Both the position numbers and the translations under genes were made by a program. DNA of 32,049 nt from Bacteroidota bacterium (GTDB lineage Bacteria; Bacteroidota; Bacteroidia; J057), in assembly GCA_038520955.1 (NCBI GenBank), contig JBCBKZ010000001.1, forward strand, positions 1 through 32,049, written 5' to 3'. Below, piece after piece: positions 7,039-14,084 of the stretch (positions are counted from its first letter, which is position 1; the number at the start of each line of letters is the position of its first letter). Below the pieces are notes generated by a model. That model was not told where the DNA came from. It ran no database searches and worked only from the letters and a program-made list of their open reading frames with translations.

Positions 7039-10000
7039 ATGGCAGCAAAGCGTAACATAGACATCCTCTTCTTTGAAGAATTGTTGGAAGAACTCTCCTT
7101 CACAAAAGGAGTGGACACCTATGTACGCATACATAAGCTCCTGGAAAATTGGCAGCCTACAGATGATGCTGAAGAAGACCTAAAAAGACTAAGGGTAAAG
7201 TTGGGGAGTTTACTAGCCAATTCTCCTGAAGAACAACAAGCCTTTTACCAGCGTTTTGACGGCTATGCTTCCCGCTATGCCTATGTCCAGGCTCAGGAAG
7301 CTCCCCCACCACTCCCTACAACTTCTCCTATGTGGAGATGGCTATTTAGCCTGGTGGTGATCAGCCTCATACTGGCAGGTGTATGGCTACTGATTACAGA
7401 TTCTAAGGATACTTTTGTGGAGAGAGGGCTAGCTTTTGATAGCGCAGAACTTTCAAAAACTGTTTGGTTCCAGAATCTGGCAGTTCCTTTTTCCAAAGAA
7501 CCTATCCTCTCCAATAGGATGACAAAGTATACGTGGGACTTTGGAGATGGCTCCCCGGCAGTAGAAACTACGGAAGCTATTATCTCTCATACCTATGAGA
7601 AGCGAGATGCTTATTTTGTGACCGTCATAGCGGAGAGTGTCTATGGAAAGGATACCACCACCAGAAGAGTTCGTGCAGGCTTAGGGGGAGTAATGCTTTC
7701 TAGTCAACAAGATCAGCAAAATCCTTTGGATTGGCAGATGGAGCTCAGTAAAGAGCGTTTCCGTGAAATCAATTCAATGGGTGAGGGGGTAAGTGCTCAA
7801 AAGATTCTCGAAGGAATAGCAGCCGAAGAGCAGAAGCTAAATGAGCAGAGCCGTTACCTAATTGATGGGTTGATTTTGTTTGGAGATGGGGTGCAAGAGC
7901 GCTTTTATCTAGAAGATACAGCTGAAAGAGTCCTGTTCTCCCATAACTATGAGCTTCCTGGTAGGTATGAAGTAGATGTCTATTATTCTTACTATAAGAT
8001 AGATAAAACAACTGGAGTTAGTGAGGAGATATTGCAGGATACTGCCCTTACTACCATACTCATAGAAGGGGATTACTCTTATGAGCCGGTAGGGTTACCT
8101 GAGATTTCTTTTGAAGAAATTAATATTGAAGGCCTACTGAAAGAACAGCAAACAGACTGGCGTCCTGAGCTACTGTTTGCCATAGCATTTTTATTATATG
8201 CTTTTTATGAATGGTGGAAATGGAAAAGTAGGAAGCCGGTATTGGATACCAGCAATGACCTGCATGATCCTGACTGGCAACCCTTACAACTAGACAGGCC
8301 CCAAGTCAACCTCTTTCGTTCAGAGCCCTTCGAGAAGTGGGCGTTAAGCCTTAGGAGGCAAAAGCATACAGAACGGGAAGAATTAGACCTGAATGCTACC
8401 CTAAAAGATACTTTGGAAAAAGGCGGTTTTCCTTCTCTGCTTTTTAAGCCCGGTCAGCAAACCTCTCAATACCTCTTTCTGATAGAATGTTATGGCATTC
8501 ATGACCAGCAAGCTGCTTACTATAGAGAATTGGTAGCAGAACTGGAGCAGCGAGACATTAGTACAGAGGTCTGGTTTTATCATCCTGCCAGGAAGAAACT
8601 GGCTTTTTATAGAGATCCTCAGAAACCAGGAGAAAATACAAGTGCAGATGGACTCAGTAGACTATATGGAAACTACCGACTGGTCATCATAGGAGATGGA
8701 AAAAACTGGGAGAGAGAGGTAGCCAGACTGGAAAGTGTGAAAGACTGGCTGGAAAAGACCTGGATATCTACGCGTCCTCCTGCTCACTGGGACAGAAGAG
8801 AAATAGAACTGGCTAAACACTTTCTCCTCTTTCCGGCTCAGGAAGAAGCCTTTCTTTCTATGGTAGATGTATGGTCAGATGTCCAGGAAGCAAAAGACCT
8901 GGCCATATGGAGAGAGCAGGACAGAACTTATGATCTTCCTGATCTGGAAGACATAGATTCCCTTCCCTTGCTAAAGAGATATTTGGGAAAAGACGCCTTT
9001 CACTGCCTCTGTGCTGCTGCCATTTATCCGGAAATGTATTGGGAACTCTGCCTTGCCTATGCCAATATGTGCGGATTGGTGGAAGGCGGGAGAGTGAAAC
9101 AAGATTTTCTGAAGTTGTTAAATCTTCCCTGGTTTAGAGAAGGCCGGATTCCGGAAGAGTGGAAGGTCCTCCTGATGGAGGAGATCCCTTCGCCTTTACA
9201 GGAAGAGGTGTACAGCTACCTGATTTCAGTCCTGGAACAGCCACAGAATACGGCTGCTAGTCAGCCCGGTGCTCAAAAGCAAAACCGAGCCCTTCTGGCT
9301 GTCTATAAGTACCATGTAGAGAAAGATAAAGATAAAGCGGCCCAAGAACTTAGCGAGACCATCATAGGAGAGGTTTCTCCGGAATACCTTCGAGACATAG
9401 TCTCTGTAAGGACGGTTTCTAAGGTAGGTCGTAAAGATCAACTCATCCCTCTCCCGGGAAGCTTTTATCATTACGGCATTCCTCTTTATGGAGAAAGAGA
9501 TTGGCTAAGATTATTGAAGGTGTTACTGGTCTTACTCCTTCTGCTGGCAGGACGTTTTGGGTTCAGGATACTGAATCCCCTTCAGGTAGAATACGCAGAG
9601 CCTTATCAGGAAGAATATGTACAGCTAACTTCTGCTAATGACTCCGCTAAGTGGATGATGTATCAAGGGAATCAGATGTGGCAGGAAATGATGGATCCAG
9701 ATCCTTATGATGGGGTATATACTGATCCTATAGACTATGAGGCCATAGCCCCTTACTATAAGAAGGCTGTAGAACTGGATCCCGAACTTGGGAGCGCCAT
9801 GAGAAATCTGGTGTTAACTCGCTACCATCAGGCACGGGCAGGATATCTGAATCAGGACCTACAGGCGGCGCTTTCAGCCTTTGGGAATCATGCTGATAGT
9901 ATGGAAATCTCTATTCCTGAATCCTTGGTGAACGAAGTAAGGTTCCTCATGGGCTTGATATGGCTGGAGAATCCTGATCCTGAGGTGATGGGGTTTACAA

Positions 10001-11802
10001 TTCCTGAGGTAGAAACTGGGGAAGGATATTTAAGTTGGCGACTGATAGACAATAGAGAGTATAATTTTGAGGTGAGTGATTCATTGCCTTTCCCTACTGT
10101 TATCCGGCCAAGCTCAACTATCAGGGGCGAGCCAAGCTACAGCATCAATCAGTCCCTTTTATCAACCCTCTCTCTCTACAGCTTGGGTAGAAACTTTTAT
10201 CAGACTGACAGCAGCTTGTTTGGGAGCTTAGCGCTAGAAGATAAGGTCTTGTTTAATAACAAGCGTGAGGCCAATCTCAGAGGACAGTTAGGGGAGAATG
10301 AGTTCCTACTAGACTCATTGGACAACTGGATATATGGCCTGGAAAATAGAGAATCGACCTTACTGGCAGAAGCAGAACGTTTAAGGGCCGAAGGTAGTTG
10401 TGATGAGGCCGTAGGCTTGTACCAGCAGGTACTGATATTAGATCCTGCCAATGTTCAGGCACAAAAGGGACTTGATGCTTGCCAGCCAACAAACAAGCCA
10501 CCTGTTTCCATTGACCTACTGCTTAAGCAAGCTACGCTACTAGCCCGAAAAGGAAATTGTGATTCTGCCTTAGTACTTTATAACCTGGTACTGGCAAAAG
10601 ACGCTAGAAATGCGCTGGCCAAAAAAGGCATACGGAACTGCGAGAGGTCTACCTCGTCAAAAGAAACAAAAACCATTTACCTCAAGGGCTATCTGGGCTG
10701 GGAGATAGAGTCTCGCATACCCGCCATGGGAGCCAATGTATCCGTAGCTGTGGCTGCTAACCCGAATCCTGATATTTCCATAGGTAGGGAAGAAAGAGAA
10801 AGTGGACCCGTAGACCTGCTTGTAGGTAAAACAAATAATCAGGGACGCTTTAGCATTCCCCTTAGGCTCAGCCATGAGAAAGGAAAAAACTATGCTTCAC
10901 ATGAACTGATAGACAATCTGAGCATTACCATTTCTGGCAGAAACCTCCAGCAGCAGCGCTTGGAAATACCTTATGCGGATATAGCCTATAGCGTAAACCT
11001 CAGCCTGAAAGGAGATACCATTTTACTGGATACCGTCCGCATGCGTATTCAAGCAGACGTAGGGGAGTTTGTAGAAGTAGAAGGAGGAACCTTTATGATG
11101 GGAAGTGAGGAAGGTAATGAGAATGAAAAACCTGTTCATGAAGTTACGCTCTCATCATATAGCATACAGAAATATGAAGTTACAGTAGCTCAGTATATGT
11201 ACTATGTGCAGGAAGGGAGGGGATTACTACCCGAATGGTTAATGAAAGATGAACAGGATTATTTATTCAATCCTAAAAATAATGAAGTCTACAAGAGAAT
11301 AGGTAAAAGTCTTTACTCACTGAACTATCCTATCGTGGGTGTGAATCGTACGGATGCTAGGGCTTATGCAACTTGGTGGTCCAATATCAATAAACGAAAA
11401 TATATGCTTCCTACAGAAGCTCAGTGGGAATTTGCCGCGAGAGGAGGAAAAGGTTCTCAAGGTTACATCTATGCAGGTAGTAATCAACAAGATAAAGTAG
11501 GGTGGCATCGTAATAATTCTGGTTTTCAGACTCACCCTGTTGGTCAGAAAAAACCTAATGAACTTGGGCTATATGATATGTCTGGGAATGTATATGAATG
11601 GTGCGAAGATGATTGGCATGACAGTTATTCTGATGCTCCTATTGATGGTTCTGTATGGATAAATCCTTTGAGGAATACGGTTGGAGTGGCTCGTGGGGGA
11701 TCATGGTATAGCTCTGTTAGTTTCAACCGAGTGGCTTATCGAAATGATCTTCCTGTTTCAGCGGATCACGATTATGTCGGTTTTCGCCTATTAACAGATT
11801 AG
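7039..11802 (+). CDS. Giant (1587 aa) three-pass membrane protein: N-terminal helical domain, 2 PKD-like domains, vWA-like domain, TPR-like repeats, beta-sandwich, C-terminal FGE-sulfatase (SUMF1/EgtB/PvdO-type) domain
   Basis: Hydrophobic segments at aa 99-120, 376-396 and 822-843. PKD signature WDFGDG...HTY (W166 at nt 7534), with a second degenerate copy (LFGDG...SHNYELPGRYEVDVY). vWA-like strand-helix pattern YLFLIECYG...VWFYH...RLVIIGDG. TPR-like helices (AVGLYQQVLILDPANVQAQKGL, ALVLYNLVLAKDARNALAKKG). CarboxypepD_reg-like GKTNNQGRFSI. FGE-sulfatase motifs GGTFMMGS, KPVHEVTLSSYSIQKYEVT, LPTEAQWEFAARGG, GLYDMSGNVYEWCEDDW, RGGSW, GFRL. Confidence 0.75.
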   Translation: MAAKRNIDILFFEELLEELSFTKGVDTYVRIHKLLENWQPTDDAEEDLKRLRVKLGSLLANSPEEQQAFYQRFDGYASRYAYVQAQEAPPPLPTTSPMWRWLFSLVVISLILAGVWLLITDSKDTFVERGLAFDSAELSKTVWFQNLAVPFSKEPILSNRMTKYTWDFGDGSPAVETTEAIISHTYEKRDAYFVTVIAESVYGKDTTTRRVRAGLGGVMLSSQQDQQNPLDWQMELSKERFREINSMGEGVSAQKILEGIAAEEQKLNEQSRYLIDGLILFGDGVQERFYLEDTAERVLFSHNYELPGRYEVDVYYSYYKIDKTTGVSEEILQDTALTTILIEGDYSYEPVGLPEISFEEINIEGLLKEQQTDWRPELLFAIAFLLYAFYEWWKWKSRKPVLDTSNDLHDPDWQPLQLDRPQVNLFRSEPFEKWALSLRRQKHTEREELDLNATLKDTLEKGGFPSLLFKPGQQTSQYLFLIECYGIHDQQAAYYRELVAELEQRDISTEVWFYHPARKKLAFYRDPQKPGENTSADGLSRLYGNYRLVIIGDGKNWEREVARLESVKDWLEKTWISTRPPAHWDRREIELAKHFLLFPAQEEAFLSMVDVWSDVQEAKDLAIWREQDRTYDLPDLEDIDSLPLLKRYLGKDAFHCLCAAAIYPEMYWELCLAYANMCGLVEGGRVKQDFLKLLNLPWFREGRIPEEWKVLLMEEIPSPLQEEVYSYLISVLEQPQNTAASQPGAQKQNRALLAVYKYHVEKDKDKAAQELSETIIGEVSPEYLRDIVSVRTVSKVGRKDQLIPLPGSFYHYGIPLYGERDWLRLLKVLLVLLLLLAGRFGFRILNPLQVEYAEPYQEEYVQLTSANDSAKWMMYQGNQMWQEMMDPDPYDGVYTDPIDYEAIAPYYKKAVELDPELGSAMRNLVLTRYHQARAGYLNQDLQAALSAFGNHADSMEISIPESLVNEVRFLMGLIWLENPDPEVMGFTIPEVETGEGYLSWRLIDNREYNFEVSDSLPFPTVIRPSSTIRGEPSYSINQSLLSTLSLYSLGRNFYQTDSSLFGSLALEDKVLFNNKREANLRGQLGENEFLLDSLDNWIYGLENRESTLLAEAERLRAEGSCDEAVGLYQQVLILDPANVQAQKGLDACQPTNKPPVSIDLLLKQATLLARKGNCDSALVLYNLVLAKDARNALAKKGIRNCERSTSSKETKTIYLKGYLGWEIESRIPAMGANVSVAVAANPNPDISIGREERESGPVDLLVGKTNNQGRFSIPLRLSHEKGKNYASHELIDNLSITISGRNLQQQRLEIPYADIAYSVNLSLKGDTILLDTVRMRIQADVGEFVEVEGGTFMMGSEEGNENEKPVHEVTLSSYSIQKYEVTVAQYMYYVQEGRGLLPEWLMKDEQDYLFNPKNNEVYKRIGKSLYSLNYPIVGVNRTDARAYATWWSNINKRKYMLPTEAQWEFAARGGKGSQGYIYAGSNQQDKVGWHRNNSGFQTHPVGQKKPNELGLYDMSGNVYEWCEDDWHDSYSDAPIDGSVWINPLRNTVGVARGGSWYSSVSFNRVAYRNDLPVSADHDYVGFRLLTD

Positions 11803-11909
11803 TCTTAAAAGTCATAAGTATGTAAAAAATTGAAGATTATATAGAATATTCATCTTAAGATGATCTGGCAAAGCAGCAATTGAATTAATGTTACGCGTTT
11901 CAAGCATGT

Positions 11910-12125
11910 GAAGTCGATGTAATCGACTTCAGGCAAATATATAGTTGTAGAGGCGCGATGATTGATTTTGAAAAAATAAGCGGCCCACTGTAGGGGCGGA
12001 TTTATCCGCCCTTTGAAGCATACGGCAGCTTAAGCAGCCGGTCCATTTTCGACTTTGAGCCCACCATTTGAATGGTGGGAAACAAGGGACGCTTAAATAG
12101 TCAAACCTAATCATCGCGCCTCTAC
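11910..12125. repeat. Hairpin repeat cluster including a 179-bp element bounded by perfect 17-bp terminal inverted repeats (MITE-like)
   Basis: gtagaggcgcgatgatt (11947-11963) is the exact reverse complement of aatcatcgcgcctctac (12109-12125). The interior holds hairpins gggcggat-tt-atccgccc and cccaccatt-tg-aatggtggg. An upstream hairpin is gaagtcgat-gta-atcgacttc (11910-11930). The arms are the same sequence as the palindromes at 4064-4091 and 2699-2724. Confidence 0.75.
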
Positions 12126-12135
12126 GGTTGGTGAT

Positions 12136-12525
12136 TTATTCCTTTCCTTCCTGCTCCGCCTCTATCTCATCTATGTCATAGGGCACAAACACAAATCGCC
12201 CTTCCTGATCTGTGATCACGAAGATGCAGGCCTTTTTCTTGGGGTCGCCGAAAACTTGCTTGAAGCGGTTGAGGTTGTTTTGGGAGACCAGCTTTTTACG
12301 GATGAAGTCTTCCAGGATGGAAGCATTAAAAAACCAGTTTAGGGTTACCGTATCCCTGTCGAAGATGGGCTTGCCTATATCCACCATTTCCTGGGCCGCC
12401 ACAAAAACGGGATAGTCAGAAATCTTATCGTCTACCACGCGTGTAGCTATTTCCTTGAGGTGTTCTCCTACAAGGGCTACGTCATTCTGGAGAGATTCTA
12501 ATATGGGATCTTCTACTTCAGCCAT
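12136..12525 (-). CDS. Hypothetical protein (129 aa), translationally coupled to the upstream rfaE2-like gene
   Basis: Intact ORF. Its ATG overlaps the stop of the upstream gene in ATGGCTGA (8-nt overlap). I recognise no motif. Confidence 0.65.
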   Translation of the reverse strand: MAEVEDPILESLQNDVALVGEHLKEIATRVVDDKISDYPVFVAAQEMVDIGKPIFDRDTVTLNWFFNASILEDFIRKKLVSQNNLNRFKQVFGDPKKKACIFVITDQEGRFVFVPYDIDEIEAEQEGKE

Positions 12526-13000
12526 GTTTAATCTTTTCTATAATGTTAGTAGTGGCTTGCCCTGCCACAAAGGGGATAGTGGTTACTTTGCCCCCATTTT
12601 CTGTAACTTCTTTGTATCCTACTATGTCCGCTATCACATAGTCGCCACCCTTCACCAGTACGTCTGGCAGAATGGACGCTATCAACTTCTGGGGGGTATC
12701 TTCCTCAAACAGCACCACTGCATCCACAAATTCCATCACTGCCAGAATACGTGCTCTTGCCTCTTCAGGTTGTATAGGTCGCGTTTCACCTTTTAGTCGC
12801 TTTACGGAAGCGTCCGCATTTAGTCCTATGACGAACCTATCACCTAACTGGCTGGCAGATTCAAGATAGGTGACATGCCCTAGGTGGAGGATATCAAAAC
12901 AGCCATTGGTAAAAACGATGCTATCCCCTTTTACTTTCCACGAATGTATTTTCTTGAGGAGAGTAGGGAGATCGCTGATTTTTGATTGAGAATGATACAT
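12518..13000 (-). CDS. Cytidylyltransferase-fold adenylyltransferase (RfaE domain II-like, D-glycero-beta-D-manno-heptose-1-phosphate adenylyltransferase family)
   Basis: FTNGCFDILHLGHVxYL (the HxGH nucleotidyltransferase motif) plus VKGGDY. I place the start at Met31 of the tracked ORF (cat at 12998-13000), giving about 160 aa, typical of the family. The upstream 30 codons look like a hydrophobic read-through extension. Confidence 0.78.
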   Translation of the reverse strand: MYHSQSKISDLPTLLKKIHSWKVKGDSIVFTNGCFDILHLGHVTYLESASQLGDRFVIGLNADASVKRLKGETRPIQPEEARARILAVMEFVDAVVLFEEDTPQKLIASILPDVLVKGGDYVIADIVGYKEVTENGGKVTTIPFVAGQATTNIIEKIKHG

Positions 13001-13155
13001 AAAAGTTGCTTGCTCAAGAGTTTGGCCATGCAATTTAGGCTCTTTCTTACTAAGTTGAGAAAGAAATACTATCAGAGAGAAAAGTATCACTTTGATTCTT
13101 CTCGATTATCTGAGGGTAAAACTCGAAAACAGCCACTTTTAGCGATCGGTAAGCC

Positions 13156-13884
13156 ATGCCGCATAGACAGAAGCATAGAGGGCAGCAGTCAGAGGACCCC
13201 AAGCTATTTAGCTTGGATTGGCTACCTGTACTCAATGAAGCGGTAACGGACATGTCTTACCTCATGTCCCGAGGCTATTCTCATAGATCTTCTTTAAAAA
13301 TAGTAGGTGATAGATACAAGCTCCATAGAAGACAGCGTCATGCCCTCTACAGGGCCAGTTGTTCTGATCAGTCTCGTACACAGCGGGCTGGGAAATTGAT
13401 GGACGTCTCAGAGCTGAAAAACAAGCAGGTCATCATAGATGGCTATAATTTGCTGATCTCAGTAGAGAGCGCCCTCTCAGGCGGCATCATCATAGACTGT
13501 AGGGATGACACTTTTCGGGATTTGGCGAGTGTTCATTCTACCTACCGTACGGTAGCAGAAACGAGACCTGCCATCAACCTCATAGGAGAGCAATTGGAGT
13601 CCCTATGCATAGCGGGCGCTTACTGGCTCTTGGATGCACCCATCTCTAATAGCGGAAGGCTGAAGCACCTCATGGAAGGCATAGCAGAAGAAAAAGGCTT
13701 TCATTGGCAGATAGAATTAGATAATAGTCCAGATAAACGTATCAAAGAGGAGAAAGAATCCGTAGCTATTACTTCAGACGGGCAGATTTTGGATCATGTA
13801 GATACCTGGACTAATTTGCACCGTCATATCATTGAAGGATTGTCTGAGTCTCAGATCATTCAGTTGAAAGGGATAGGGCAGTAG
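13156..13884 (+). CDS. DUF434-like N-terminal domain fused to a NYN/PIN-like (YacP-type) predicted ribonuclease domain
   Basis: 242 aa. N-terminus is HRGxxxxDxxLF...RGYSxxSSLKIVGDRYxLxxRQRxAL (recalled DUF434 pattern). The C-terminal half starts VIIDGYNLL, like the IDGYN motif of YacP/NYN nucleases. Confidence 0.55.
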   Translation: MPHRQKHRGQQSEDPKLFSLDWLPVLNEAVTDMSYLMSRGYSHRSSLKIVGDRYKLHRRQRHALYRASCSDQSRTQRAGKLMDVSELKNKQVIIDGYNLLISVESALSGGIIIDCRDDTFRDLASVHSTYRTVAETRPAINLIGEQLESLCIAGAYWLLDAPISNSGRLKHLMEGIAEEKGFHWQIELDNSPDKRIKEEKESVAITSDGQILDHVDTWTNLHRHIIEGLSESQIIQLKGIGQ

Positions 13885-13913
13885 GTTACAGAAAGGCTTT
13901 CCACATAAGGTCG

Positions 13914-13970
13914 CTGAGGTTCTCGAAGCGACATGGTTTGAGGAACAACTAGTGTCTTCGAGAGCCTCAG
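13914..13970. terminator. 15-bp inverted repeat (ctgaggttctcgaag / cttcgagagcctcag) downstream of the DUF434 gene
   Basis: Arms at 13914-13928 and 13956-13970, with one G-U position and a 27-nt loop. There is no T-run, so terminator function is uncertain. Confidence 0.3.
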
Positions 13971-13988
13971 ACACCTTGAAATGGGAAG

Positions 13989-14084
13989 CATTCAATATTC
14001 AATTATTCAAAACTCAAAATTCATTCATTCAAAACTGGTCCTTCAATATTCAATCATTCAGTATTCAAAACTCGATTATTCGTC
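13989..14084. repeat. ATTCA-rich dispersed repeat, copy 1
   Basis: attcaatattcaattattcaaaactcaaaattcattcattcaaaact...ttcaatattcaatcattcagtattcaaaactcg. It shares long strings with 23389-23510 (aaaattcattcattcaa, ttcaatattcag, attcaaaactc). Confidence 0.65.

Noticed and set aside
4471-11802. Classic Bat (aerotolerance) operon or a known named defence system (for example gasdermin/CHAT, CBASS, Avs)
   Set aside because: Bat loci have separate DUF58, BatA-E genes and no protease or FGE-sulfatase domain. No gasdermin, cyclase, or active STAND NTPase with nuclease effector is present. The locus therefore does not fit these named systems, although a distant relationship to the Bat-type MoxR/vWA/TPR logic is retained as an alternative.
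11929-12114. 61-aa minus-strand ORF downstream of the giant gene
   Set aside because: It lies almost entirely within the TIR-bounded hairpin element (11947-12125). It has no start context or coding-like composition.
11065-12130. Diversity-generating retroelement (DGR) targeting the FGE-sulfatase domain
   Set aside because: No reverse transcriptase ORF and no template-repeat copy of the 3' end of the giant gene are visible in the window. The C-terminal codons are not visibly Asn/AAC-rich. A distant DGR elsewhere in the genome is not excluded.
13001-13090. N-terminal 30-codon extension of the rfaE2-like ORF (MILFSLIVFLSQLSKKEPKL...)
   Set aside because: Family members are about 160 aa and cytoplasmic. 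The internal Met at 13000 gives the expected length, and the extension looks like fortuitous open frame. A membrane-anchored variant cannot be strictly excluded.
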